Positions 26,230 through 39,097 of a stretch of 64,000 nt of DNA are shown one piece after another. Position numbers and translations under genes: made by a program. Below the pieces are notes generated by a model that saw only the letters and a program-made list of their open reading frames with translations, did not search any database and was not told the DNA's origin. The DNA lies in assembly GCA_030704615.1 (NCBI GenBank), contig CM060733.1:71238001-71302000 (forward strand), given 5' to 3'. Within the stretch, counting starts at the first letter, position 1. Each line of letters opens with the position of its first letter. The DNA is from Takakia lepidozioides (taxonomy: Eukaryota; Plantae; Bryophyta).

Positions 26230-28830
26230 GTGCCTATGTTGAATTGCGTCTGCTACTCTCTGTAATCTAACAGGCATTCGCTTTTTTGCCTCTGTTGTCC
26301 CACCATTGACTGGGGTCAGAAAAGTTCATTCCACAGCTTCTCCTCATCTCTGTTACCTGTTTTTGGATACTTTCCTATTGTCACTTTGGCAGTATCATAT
26401 CAAAGTCACTCCAAACTATCTACCATCTACCCATGACCATCTACCCATGCAGGTTTCTTGTAGCTATCCTTCCACAAGGAATCATCGGTTCTGGAGCTTG
26501 AAATCCGGCTCTCTTGGATGATCTGGACCCACACTCTATCCCTGCTCCTTCAGCTATCCATGCCTCTGCACAGATCATGCATATATCCTTGCATTGTTGT
26601 TAGCAGCTGACAATGACAGCCTACAAATAGCAAACACCCAACTCAACTTATCACACTAGTTCCTATTCTCAATTGCATCTGCTACTCTTTGTAATCCAAC
26701 AGGCATTTACCTTTTTGCCTTGGTTGTCCACCATTGACTGGGGTCAGAAAAGTATTCATTCCACAGCTTCCCCTCATCTCCGTTAACTGTTTTTTGATAC
26801 TTTCATGTTGTCACATTGGCAATATCATGTCAAAGTCACTCCAAACTAGATTCACTCAACCAGCTAACTTGCAGACATGGAAATTTAGGTTTGGTTCTGA
26901 TAAGAGGGAAAAACATGGTGAAGTGTGTTGAAGAAGGTGCCTTTATTAGCAGTGCCTAATTTTATCAATTGTGCCGCTACTCCTGCGGCTTCCAGTTCAC
27001 CATCTACCCATGCATGTTTCTTTTAGCTATCCACAGGTAATCATAGGTAATCATGTGCTTGAAATCTGGCCCTCCTGACTCTATCCCTGCTCTTTCAGCT
27101 ATCACTGCTTCTGCACAAATCATGCATACTTCCTTGCCTTGCAGCTGATAATGACAGCCTAGATTTGTTCTAGGAAACACGCAACTCAGCTTATCACACT
27201 AGTTCCTATGTTGAATTGCGTCTGCTACTCTCTATAATCTAACAGGCATTAACCTTTTTCCCTCGGTTGTCCCACCATTGACTGAGGTTGGAAAAGTATT
27301 CATTCCACAACTTCTCCTCGTCTATGTGACCTGTTTCTGGATACTTTCCTGTTGTCACATTGGCAGTATCATGTCAAAGTTCAAATCGACATCTAGTACA
27401 ATTCCAGCTTGGATGATGTTACCACGAACCTCTTTGCCATTTTGTAGGGCTGCCAGGCTCGCACACATGTTGCAAACGTAACAAACGCGATGTGGTTGCA
27501 CTGCAGTATCCCTTCCCACACCACTTGATCATAGACCTCTCCAAAGGGCCTCCATCCCGCGCTGCTGTTGTGCATATCCTGGGATCATCATCCTCCATGC
27601 ACCCCAATTCGGCATACAAGTCCACAAGGGCATAGTTCATAACAACATTTGTTTAATTCCAGCTTGGACGATGTCATCACAAACCCCGTCTTCACTCATT
27701 GCCTACTCTAGTTAAGTGCAATTATGGGCTAGGCTGGTACCACATCTCATTCAGCCATATTATCAAAACAGCCATGTATCCTTGTAGTTGCACCCTGCAA
27801 CCTTGGCATACATGTCCACTACGGCAACGTTCAGAATCACATCAGATACAATACCAGCTTTGGCAATATCACCGTGGACCTCTGTACCCTTTTCCAGGGC
27901 TGCCAGGCTTGCATTTGACATACATATCCACCAAGGCAGTGTAAAGAGTGACATCTAGTGGTACAATTCCAGATTTGATGATGGACCTTTGCGTCCTTTC
28001 CAGGGCTACCAGGCTCGCATATGACATACATGTACACCAAGGGAATGTTCAGAATGACATCAGGTACAATTCCAGCTTTGATGATGTCACCATGAACCTC
28101 TTGGCCCCTTCCCAGGGCTGCTAGGCTCGCATATGCATATTAACAAACACAAATGAACATGACCTGGTTTGGCTTCATCCTTTCCCACATCATTTGTTCT
28201 TAGGTTTCCAAAGCCTTACTCCCACACCTATGCTACACACACCTTACAATCATGGCAGTCCACAACACCACATCTCATTTAGCCATGTTGTCGAACTCTC
28301 CCTTTGCATCAGGCTTGCTGCACCCACATTTGAGTCCACTAGGGCAGTGGTCAGAATGACAACTAGTACAATGTCAGCTTTGACGATGGCACATGGCCAA
28401 GAGATATCCCAATATCCCGCTACCAATGGGTTCAATGCATACTCTTGTCACATTGGCAGTATCATGTCAAAGTCAATCCAACTAGATTCACTCAACCAGC
28501 TAACTTGCAGAATTCAACATGAAAATTTAGGACCGATTCTGATAAGAGGGGAAAATAGGGTGAAATGTGTTTCAGAAGGTGCCTTCATTAGCAGTGCTTG
28601 ATTTTATCAATTGTGCCGCTGCTGCTGCAGCTTCCAATTGACCATCTACCCATGCAGGTTTCTTGTATCTATCCTTCAACATGGAATCATAGGTAATCTG
28701 GAGCTTGAAATCTGGCCCTCTTCGATGAATTTGGACCCACACTCTATCCCTGCTCCTTCAGCTATCTATGCCTCTGCACAAAATCATGCATACAACAATC
28801 ATTCCAGCAAACACCCCCAACCCTACTTAT
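26230..28830. repeat. Degenerate local segmental repeats (~0.4-0.55-kb unit, 3-4 partial copies) flanking the PPR remnant
   Basis: AATTGCRTCTGCTACTCT...AACAGGCATT recurs near 26240, 26670 and 27210; CTCTATCCCTGCTC recurs near 26530, 27080 and 28740. Confidence 0.75.
27380..28430 (-). pseudogene. PLS-class pentatricopeptide repeat (PPR) pseudogene fragment
   Basis: Manual translation MKPNQVMFICV..YASLAALGRGQEVHGDIIKAGIVPDVILNIPLVYMY and ORF ASLAALEKGTEVHGDIAKAGIVSDVILNVAVVDMYAK match L/S motifs of plant RNA-editing PPRs; many stops and deletions. Confidence 0.85.
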
Positions 28831-29537
28831 CAATGAGCAACGAGCTAACTTACATAATTCAATATGCATCTCAGGGCCGAGTCTGATGAGAGGGCAAAAC
28901 AGGCTGAAATAGGTCGAAGAAGAACCCATAGAGGATTTGACCGACCATCAACCCAAAAGGACCTCTTGTTGTGTCTTGTAGTCAGGTAATGTCGGATTGG
29001 TCTGTGAGAACCACCACGGAGCTGAGCAGGCAGAGATTGAAACACGGCCTGCTAAGACCAAGCTGACTCTCCCAAGGACCTTGAAACATCAGGAAGAATG
29101 CCAAATCATGGTACTAACAGGAGCCAACAGCCCACATTTGTAGGATGGACAAACTTCTTCACGTCGTACATTAAGGAAAAGCCACACCTTGCGATTGCGG
29201 TTGTCACACCATCGTGAAGGATCTTTAAAAATCTCATGCCAGCTCTGCTCCGTGCTGCAAATGAAGGGCCGAGTCTGATGAGAGGGCAAAACAGGCTGAA
29301 ATAGGTCGAAGAAGAAGGTGCCCTCACCACATTGTCCTCGACCTTGTGTCATGACCCATGGAGGATTTGACTGACCATGAACTCAAGAGGACCTCTTCAG
29401 TGTGCTGCTTGTTTCTGTAGTCTTGAGTCTATATGTTTGCAACTGCTGCTGCAAACTCTCCATGCGCTTCGCATGAGGTTCAACCAGAGCTGTATAGGCA
29501 GCAGACAGATTATTGGCTTCCTTCCAAGCCTTGGTAG

Positions 29538-30322
29538 TCACAGAAAGCTCATTCTTCGTGACATGAGTGTTTGCTGCAACTCAAGGATGTACCTGTCCTT
29601 CTCAGCCTCAACCTGATTGTACTGTTGGAAGGTATCATCATTGCGACGGATAGTAGCCTTCAAGTCAGTAATGAGTTTCCCTTGCTCCACTGTCTCAGCC
29701 TCCACCATCATACATCTCTCTGCTTGTTTGTTAACTTCTAATGCAGTTTGCTCCAGAGTAGTTGTTATTGAGGCACATTGGATGGTCATTCTCTGATGAA
29801 CTGCCTCCAACTCTATATGAAGCAACTTCACTTCCTGCAGTTTGCCATCATGCTTCACCTGCAAGTGGTATAACTGCTGCTTGTGCACTTCATGCAACTT
29901 CTCCTGCTCCAGACCTGCTTCAATCAGGTTTCCCTTTGCAAGCTGTAGGGCAGATTGAGCGTCCTCCAACTCTTTCTGCAACTTATGGTTGGCCTCCACA
30001 TCCACCTTATTTGCACACTCAGTGGCAATTCTTGCCTCAAACTCTTGCTTGAGCTCCTCCCTCAATGCTGCCAGTTGTGTGGAAGGAACATGGGATTTCA
30101 CATAAGTGCCCAACAGGTTGAGAATCCTACTGATGGAACTCATAAGCATAGCCTGTTGTGGGTCTTCATGGAGAACTTGCAGCTGTTCTCCCTGATCCTC
30201 CACAGTTTGATGTTTCACAAACCATTCAGGCTAGGATCCTACAAGATCTTCTCCCTAAGCAACCTGATCCTCCACGAGTGCTGCAGTGCCTTTGCACTCT
30301 ACCCCGGTTGCCTCTCCACACG
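29538..30322 (-). pseudogene. Coiled-coil C-terminal part of a retroelement-associated ORF split by element B
   Basis: 226-aa heptad-rich ORF; joins 57635-59115 across the TCCACASG target duplication when B is removed. Confidence 0.55.
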
Positions 30323-30549
30323 GAGGTTAGCTATTTCATGAGCATGAGTGGCATGAGCGGAGTAGTAAGACAATCGGTTTTCATGAGCAGAAGTACAAAT
30401 TCTAGAAATAAAAAACATTAAAAAATATTATTTTAACGAAATGTGTCAGACAAAAAAAAGCCAATATAATACTCATTGTTTGGAGTAGAAATTGTAGTTT
30501 TGAGAGCCGTGCTCATGATATTTCGTCTTCTGCTCATGCGAATTCCGAG

Positions 30550-30890
30550 CGACATCTGCAAAAATGGCGCCGAATTGCGCGGTAACAGGGTCCGCAAGCA
30601 AAGAAATCGGCGACGTATTGCGCGGTAATAGGTGTCTCTGCCGAAAAATGGTGCCGAATTTCGCGGTTATAGGTCCCAACATGATTGAAGTGTAAGCCCA
30701 AAATTTGGAAATGTGGCGCCGAATTTCGGTACATGGTGCCGGGCATTGCACAGCTGTTGGGCAGTTCTGGGCCATGTAACTGGAAATTTGGCGCCATTTT
30801 TCCAGACATCGTTCCCGTACATGTTGGGACTTAGCCAGTTTTCGGCCCAAAATAGGGAAATTCGGCGCCATTTTTCCAGAAATGGCCCCC
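30550..30890. repeat. Subterminal B-type palindromes (GGAAATTCGGCGCCATTTTTCC-like)
   Basis: About 5-6 degenerate copies centred on GGCGCC/GGTGCC. Confidence 0.75.
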
Positions 30891-31145
30891 ACAACTGCAA
30901 TTGTTGGAACTCAGTTTTCTGCAAAAAAATTTCTGCCGCCATCTTTGTATTGATTCTGTTTGGACATTCAATTGCCACTGGACGTCAATGGATATCCAGC
31001 AGTCCATAGTGTTTAAAAGACATCAGTTTAATATTGTCTGTCTCATTCCAGGAGTTTTGGGGTGCATTTCATTACACTGCAAAACAAAGTCTAATGCATC
31101 AAAATGCAATTGCAAATATCCATATGGTGGATTCCCTTTGCCCCA

Positions 31146-33124
31146 TCAATGATTTCTGGAATCCCGGCGGAGGAGTTTGTGCAGCTCGTTCACGCTCAAC
31201 GCTGGTGCATGAATAAAGTCATCAATAGTCAAGTTCATCCTCAACCTCTTCAGGTAAATGTAATACAGATGCTTGCACGGATAATACTTTGAACCCTTCT
31301 TTGCTTCCATCAACGAGAAGTCCGTACAATTGCAAGTCGGCTCCACTCCAATCGTAATTGTGTATACGTCGTCGCGTACAGCTGAGCCGGCCGTTGTCAT
31401 CCGATAAACACGCCCAAGGACGGGTGGGGGTACGTCCACGGAGCTCTGAATAGTGCAAGCCATCCCAAGAGCATTGGCAATCTGAGTCTCATTCAACTTG
31501 TTGGGAGGGTGTCGTCTCTTCACTCTTCCGAATCGCATTGTGGGATGTGCAGAATTGTCCAATCCGTCTCTACTGGACCGAGCAGTCCGCAATGGCTGGG
31601 TTTGAGGAACTGGAAACGAGTGGGCCGGGACGTCTGTGTGTTGCACCATTCGAAATCCTGCTGCAGAAAGAGCATCCGCCTCATTCTGAGAGAGGTTGCA
31701 ACCCGGTGCAACAGGCCAGACGCCCGGAGGCTCCGACATTCCCTGAATCCCGTACTCGGGCTTGCCAAATACACAGGTCATTATGTCGTGCCTACAGAAC
31801 CAAAACGTCTACGTTGTGGCGTGAGAGAATGTGGGAGTCAAAAATCTGCCGCTGAAACAAGGTGAAGGTACAGCACCGTGTGGGTTCCTCCGAATCATCT
31901 CACCATAGCGTGCTCTGGTATCCACCCGGATGGCGCAGCACTTCCCTCGAAATGCCGACAATGTCCTTGCAATTCTCCACTGTGACTCCGACACTCTTGT
32001 CTCCACAATGGGTATGGTGTACTGCGTTACTACAGATGGCTTGTTATGTTCCTCGGGCACGTGCCTTGTGCTCAAAGGAGATGACGATCTTGAACGTGCA
32101 GGACTTGCGGTGCTCGACGAGACCTCCTCGGGCAACATCACGGGACCACGAGGGAGCATGTAAATATTCTTGTCAGCTCGCCATGAATCCTCTTCTCCGC
32201 CAGGTGCCTCGTCAAGTCTTCGTCTCACTGGACGGGTGTGAACATCTCCTTCCAAGTGTTGGCCTCTTCGAAGCAATGGCGTGTCCCGAAGGCCCTCTCG
32301 CAAGGCTGCCGTCCACTTGCGAGGATTCTTCGATCTGGAGGCAGTCCGCATCAACATTTCCTGCCTGTCCGGCCCCAAGCCTCACTGTTTCCTTTTCAAG
32401 AACTCGTTGTACCTGCATTGCTGCATAATTGACCTCACAATGTCCTCCGTTGTGGCAGTGAGGATGTCCACCAGATGCGCTGCAGAGGAGGCACGCCAGG
32501 AATAATGTACTGATTTGGCCATGTTTGTTGTCAGCATGTCGGTGTCGGAGTCCAGACACATTTCCTGCACATGCACATGTTGAGGTTACAAGCAAGTTAC
32601 AAATAATGAGTAGCATAATATTCAACGGGACGCGAATTCGTCCAACTCACCTCCCACATATAGTCACCGAACTGGAGGAAACGATAATGCCACCATGCTA
32701 GCCAATTGACCATTGCTCCCTCGTCTGATTTCTTTACAACACCTAACGTTGTCCACCAAGCCCGTATACATGCAAACTGTGTCTCTGCATCATCCAAGGT
32801 GGGAGCACGCTTCCACGCAAGACACATGGAACGGTGCTCCTCTCTGAAATCTGGCACCACGAGCCGGGTTGTGTACTGCGACAAGCTCTGCAGAAAATGG
32901 AACCCACAAGAGCTCTCCTTGTCTTCCATTGGAACATTGGGGTCTTCCCCGTACACCCTTCGGATGGCAGCCCAATTTGCTTGTGCATTGTCCCCCATGA
33001 AACCACGGAAATTGGGAGGGGGAATCCCGCCCTGGCCATCTGTTCATTTATTCCCTGGCAAAGAAGCATCTCCGATTGTGTATCCTCTCCTTTCATCTCA
33101 CAAATAGCAATTGTCATTAGCATC
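31146..33124 (-). pseudogene. Transposase B, C-terminal half (DDE remainder + SWIM finger)
   Basis: LMTIAICEMKGEDTQSE, MGDNAQANW, CGFHFLQSL, TNMAKSVHYSW, PTCNCTDF...YPCKHLYYIYLK; frameshifted. Confidence 0.9.
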
Positions 33125-33272
33125 GTGCAAACTGGAAAAATGGGGCCGAATTTCCAGACTGAGTGCCAGCCACCCCCTGGACAGCCATCCCCCAGGACCC
33201 GAATCCGGAAATTCGGCGCCATTTTTCCAGGGACTTCTTCTCAACTAATTTTCATGCGCCACATAAGGCCTC

Positions 33273-35933
33273 TTACATCCTCGAAATGTAGGGACTAAAA
33301 AGAAAGGCATCGCGTATGTACATGTACAGAAGGTGCATTGCCGCTTTGTCCGCGTTCGGCTGGTCGGTGAACTCGTGGCTCCGGCGGGCATGGGGTATCT
33401 CTCGAAAGAATAGGTCGGTTTTGTAGAGCAGAAAGTACCTCGTCACATAGTCGCGTAGGCTCTCTGCTTCACCAGATATCTCCTGCTTGAACTGATGTGT
33501 TTGTGTGTCAAGCTGCTCTTGGGCATTCGTCGTCACCTGTGGAGATTCCCCATCATACCGCTTTCCTCAAAAAATACAATAAATCCATCCGATACAAGAG
33601 TAGAAGCCCCAAATGAAGCGTGGGAAAGTACCTGAAACCACCATGTCATGCGGTTCATCCACATGTCGAATGTGGGGTCGGACAATTTGTCGGGTTTGGG
33701 GAAGCTCCACATGTCCCTTGTACTTTGGGAACCATTCCAGATTTGGAGCCACCGGGTCTGTCCAACCACCCAGCATATTAGTAAGCGCCAAACACCACAA
33801 AAACGAATAGTTGCCACGATAATTTGGTTAAGAATGTATAACCTTTTCTGTTGCATCCACACAGGATGTGGCTAGATGATGCAGCTTCTCCAATGTCATT
33901 GTGGGCTTCAGAGCGCGGGAGTAGTGCCTCCCCACCTCCACCAGAAAGTCGGCACCAAGGGCGGGATCAGCTATGGCCACGTACTTTACCATCCTCGACT
34001 TGTACTTTATGCGGGCCTTCGCCTCCACAGCTTTGAGATACGATTCCAGTGCCGGGAGGGTTAGTTTCTTCTCCTCTGACTCCATGTAGAACCTCCGCGC
34101 ATGTGCCAAATCCTGCTGAATTTTCGTCTCTCAAGAATGCGCAGATAAGATTAGAAATCCTGGTCAACACTTTTTCTTCTATTGGGGGAGGAGAGACAGA
34201 TAAGCTGAACAAAATAGTCAGGAGTTTTACCCGAAATATGTAGTCCACCATGGCGTCCATGCTCAGCCTATACCAGGTTCTGTCTGCCTTTTCCTCCGAC
34301 TTGTGCAAGAGGTCGGCACTTAGCGAATTGGCAAACTCTTGCACCCCCTGCTTCCCAACATCCTTCACTCGGAAGAGCATATGGGACAAGTTGGTGGCAA
34401 TGAAGGCATTCTCAGTCACCCTGCAATGCCACATTTCCATTAAACAATACAGAAATGAGAATTTGCAACAAATATGACGATTGGCAATGAAATGACTGTT
34501 TCAAATTCAAAGTTCCAAAGTAAGAGGCATTGTAACTTACAAGTTGATGTCTGCCATTGCCGCTTTGAGAAGACTGCGATCTTTGGGCCCCGCAACCTTC
34601 AACACAACACACTCCACGGCGAAATGCCAATCCAGGTCGTGTTGGGGTGGGCTTGGGCTATATACTCCATCCATGCCAGGAGGCGATGATTGTCGTCCCA
34701 CACGTAAAACATCTTTCCGGACAAGTGCTAGAAAAGAGGATCAGTAGCAATCAATCTCTCGAACTCCTCATTTTGCCTTTGCCAATGGGGACCCCATTTG
34801 TCCACCTCATCGGAAGTGTGGGCACGAGAAGCTCCGTGGTCGTTCTCCATGGAAACATAAAACGCGGCAGACCCCATTCGATATCCCTCCCAGAAAGAGA
34901 ATTTCAGCTTGTCGATATCGCCTGGGAGGGCAGGTCTCACCACCTGCAATGAAACCAAGCGGCAAAGGGGAATCCGAAGCTTGGCCGGGTAAACCATGCC
35001 CCCTAGGACCCTGCCAATGTTGTTGTGGGTTGCCTCCAACATCTTGGCAGCAGCCAACTTCATATCCGCCTCCAACATGACGTCTGTTGCAGGGGGGTTC
35101 TCCGGCAGCCCACCAGGACCGCCAAATCCAGCCTGTATGCTCCGGGTTTGGGGCCTGGGGATGTCCGGGAGGATGTCATCCTGGTCAAAAAGCTCCCTCT
35201 TGTCATCCTCAACATGGTCAACCACCACCGGAACCACCTTGAGCACTCTCCCCGTCTCTACTGCCCTCTCCCCGGCTTCACCTCGAACTTCCACAATCCG
35301 TGCTCTTTGTGGTGTTCTTTCCCCTCCTCCAGTCTCCACCGTATGGGTAATTGCGGGGGCTGCTCCCACCCGCGATGGTGTAACCGGTGTGTTACTGCCT
35401 GTTTGTGGTGTCTTGGAGGGATCCACCGTCTCTGTGCGTCCCTCGCTTACATGGGCATCTGTCATTTCGGCACCCATGGCCTCTTCAGTGGCCTTTTCTC
35501 TTGCCTCCTGGCTAGCCTTCTGTCTCACCTATTCTTTTGCCCTCTCTTTTGCCCTCTCACGGGCCTTCTGTTTCTTACTAGGGGTAGCAGTAGGGGAGGC
35601 CTCCAGGACGACCACCTTTGATTGAGGTGAACTGACACCCTCTCCGACCCTGCTCACTCCCCCCTCCGCAGCCCGTGACGGCTCTCTCGCCGGGGATTGC
35701 ATGTGCTTGGCTTTCTTCTTCTTCTTTGCGTGGGCGGGCCCTACTGCATGTGCATCAGCTTCCTCCATTGCCAAATCTGCTGTCCTCATCCAACGCCCTT
35801 CACCTACCATGCCGCCTGCACCAACCTCCCGAATGCCTATTCTGTCGTACTCTCGTTGCAGGTCCTCTCGTCCACCAACAAAAGGAGAAAGATTTAGTTT
35901 GCCGTTCTGCCCCAAGTTGGGCGATCCAAACAT
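33273..35933 (-). pseudogene. ParB-MTase gene of element B, 5' part (ParB/Srx-like domain and middle exons)
   Basis: LRIPLCRLVSLQVVRPALPGDIDKLKFSF...KMFYVWDDNHRLLAW, RVTENAFIATNLSHMLFRV, VAIADPALGADF; exon-by-exon homology to 47080-48800. Confidence 0.8.
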
Positions 35934-36211
35934 GCGATGAGTAGCGGCTTTTAGAGTGACTGCTCAAGCAGTTGGAGCTGTCGATGATACCACCAGCGTG
36001 TCGGGCTCGTCGTCACTCTGTCATCCCCAACAATCGTGAGAACCAACATCGCAATGAAAACCACCATCGCAACGAGCATCGCAACCACCATCGCAACAAT
36101 CGTGGACAACAATGAAAACAAACCCAAACAATGCCTAAGAATCACAGGCAGAAGCAGCCTTCTCCAGAGCTGTCGGCTTTGCACACGCATTGCAAACTAC
36201 CTAAGGTTCAC

Positions 36212-36535
36212 TCAACCAGTAACTTGCAGAAATGAACATGAAACACGATGAACAAATGAACACGATTTCAATAAGACGGGAAAACAGGGTGAAATGTCTT
36301 GAAGGCACTTCATCTGCCCAGACAATCTTCTCAGCTCAGCATGGATTTCCTTCATTCCGGGATGCAACCTGTCATCTACAGCGAAGGTGTGCACCCTGTT
36401 GCAAATCTCAATGCAGCAACGACCCGGCTCCTTTCTTACCCCTCTGACCTTGATCATTCTTCTCACCAACTTGTGCTTTTGCGATGCAACCATGCACTTC
36501 CAGGGCTGCCAGGCTGAAGATGCCAAAACAAACAA
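36212..36535 (-). pseudogene. Captured PPR E/E+ domain fragment inside element B
   Basis: VRRMIKVRGVRKEPGRCCIEICNRVHTFAVDDRLHPGMKEIHAELRRLSGQMK matches the GVKKEPGCSWIE...VHxFxxxDxxHP..EI..L..L...MK consensus. Confidence 0.85.
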
Positions 36536-36989
36536 AAAACAAGCGAAGAAGACCGCACATGTTACACAAAGCGAAAGAGGAAGGGGCTTGCCTGAGAGTG
36601 CTCAGCTTCATTTGGCGCGGGCTGTGAGCAAGACAATGGGATCTCCTGCTGGAGCTTCAGTTTGGCCATGCGAGAGGTTGGACGCCGCCCGTAGTACAAA
36701 GCCTTCAGCTTCCGCCGCGGTCTGGATGTGGGGTTTCTCTCAGGAGAGCCACGCCCTTCTCCACGCAGCAAAAGTCCCAGCAAAAGAAAAAATCTCCCGC
36801 AGTATGCGTGCGTACATGCCTCGAATGGAACTTCATCCAAGCGTCACATCAGGTGTCGAAGGCGTATCCGGGAAGCAAGCGCGGAATCCCTGTGGAACAT
36901 CCGGTTCAAAACCGACGGCGGAGGACATTTAATGCGCAACTGCGTCATTAAATGTCGTAGGTATGGAGGTCGGCCACAGGCGCCGACTG

Positions 36990-37740
36990 GCCCACCCTCC
37001 CCCCGAGACTTCATCAATCGCCCGCTGGATGGAAAAAACGGCGCCGAATTTCCATCCAGCGGATAAAGTAGGACGCAACGTGGCCCTCCCTCCGCCCGAG
37101 CTGTTCTCATCCAGGAGACGCAGGATGGAAAACCGGCGCCGATTTTCCATCCTGAAGGTAATTCGGAGCGCGGCCGGATGGAAAACCGGCACCAAATTTC
37201 CATCCTGCAAGAAAGACGGAGCGCGGCGGATGGAAAATCGGCGCCGAATTTTCATCCTGCAGGTAAGTCGGAGCGCGGCCGGATGGAAATCCGGAGCCGA
37301 ATTTCCATCCTGGAGGTAATTCGGTCCACCTCATCGATGGAAACCGGCACCGAATTTGTCTTTATCGGACGAGAATGGTGGGAATAACGTGCCAAAAGTG
37401 GCCTACACGCAAAAAACTCCAAGTTTAGTGTGTAACCAGACAAAAAAACGCTAAAAACCTGATGCAACGACTAAAAAATGTTGTTGCAGGGCCAATACGG
37501 GCGTCTATGGATGGAAATTCGGCGCTGTTTTTCCATCCGGGGGATGTTCTCTGTCGGCCAGGTTTCGGCCTCTCCCCCCGAGACGACTTCATCCGTGCGC
37601 CCTCGGATGGAAATTCGGCGCCGTTTTTCCATCCGGGGGATGTTCTCTGTCGGCCAGGTGTCGGCCTCTCCCCCCGAGACGACTTCATCCGTGCGCCCTC
37701 GGATGGAAATTCGGCGCCGTTTTTCCATCCGGGGGAACTT
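36990..37740. repeat. B-type palindrome array, GGATGGAAAWYCGGCGCCGAWTTTCCATCC
   Basis: Copies start at 37123, 37176, 37228, 37281 and 37335 (52-54-bp period), then at 37509, 37605 and 37701 (96-bp period). Confidence 0.9.
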
Positions 37741-37994
37741 CTCTGGCATGCACGTGGGGCAGTCACCCTCCGATTGGACGTCCTGTCGAAGTAAATTTTG
37801 CGCCTCATTCTTGGGTACGGTTATATTAAATGGTGCTCTTTTCCTTTGCCACTTGCCCGACCTTCGCTCATGACCCACGCGTTTCAAACCGAGACAACAA
37901 CAACACTTCCTCGCTCCGAGCTCCTCATCTTCCCCACACTCCCCCTTCCCTGCGCACCCTCTCTGCTTCCTGGCAGCTCTTTCAGTAGTCCTCG

Positions 37995-38523
37995 ATGGCG
38001 TGTCGGGATCCCATTAACTGCCCAAACAAGCATCGCACCCCGTGGGACTTCTCGCCCAAGTCGGGGGATATTTTCATATACCTGGAGGATTGGATAGACC
38101 GCTCTCAGCATAGGAGGGTGCACCTGTCCGCTCTTGAGTACCTTCCTCGCTTCCACGATCAGCCTCGCGGGGACAGGCTTGTGCGGCTTTGGTGCCTGCG
38201 AATCGTTGATCTGCAGTATCCACCTACATGGAATATCCCCAAAATCCGCACGGCCTTCCTACATCATTGGAGGTTATATGCCAGAGAGGATTCCATCGCA
38301 AACAGTGTATGGGGACATTCTCATAAGCTACGAGGATGAGTCCTATGGACACAGTCTCTCCACAGCAAAGATCTCGATTTACGATGGTGCATATATCGGA
38401 GGACATGACACCATTGTCCACTACACCAAAGCAGAATGGGCTGCATCCATTGTCTTCACCTACCGACACCCTGTCAGTCATGAGCTTGTTGAGAGGCCAA
38501 TGGAGATTCAGGCTTCTTGGTGA
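37995..38523 (+). pseudogene. Unknown accessory protein family, copy in element B (frameshifted)
   Basis: FSPKSGDIFIY...ALEYL...WCLRIVD and VYGDILISYEDESYGH...ISIYDGAYIGGHDTIV...HELVERPMEIQASW are homologous to 42121-42700 and 43200-43810. Confidence 0.7.
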
Positions 38524-39097
38524 GGATAGTGCAACACGGGAAAAAATTCCCAACTTACCTGAGCATGGATGGCATGCATACTTTTGGCTTCCCTCGGCTT
38601 GTGAGGGCATGCATACTTGTCACAGTATATTTTTAATAAAAATGTCTCCTTTGAACCAAAGTTCCACTTTTTGCGCAATGTTGCATTTTGTTGTATGTTG
38701 ACTTTTGGCAGCGAGGGTCTGGCACTCAATCTTGTAATCAGACCCACTGGAATGCCACCTCTGTCAGTTCCCTCTGTCCATGGGGCAGGTGCTTGCACGC
38801 TCGCCCCCCCACGCTTCTTGTCAGACGCCGTAATGATTGGTTTGCGCAACGCATCTGCACAGGTCATATACCTTCTGACTGCATACCGTTGGCAGTTATT
38901 GCGCAAAGTCCAGGGGCCGCATTCCGCAGACAAGGTTCATTAACTCTCAGACAGTGGATTTTCGGGAGAGTGGGCTCCCCGGATTCGTGAATAGGCTTCG
39001 TCGCTTGCAAAAATCGTTCCTTCCCCTCGCTGCATCCCCCCTTCTCCCAGGGCGCTTGTCCGAACGCCGTCCAGGCAGTCTTGTGTGCACATCTTCC

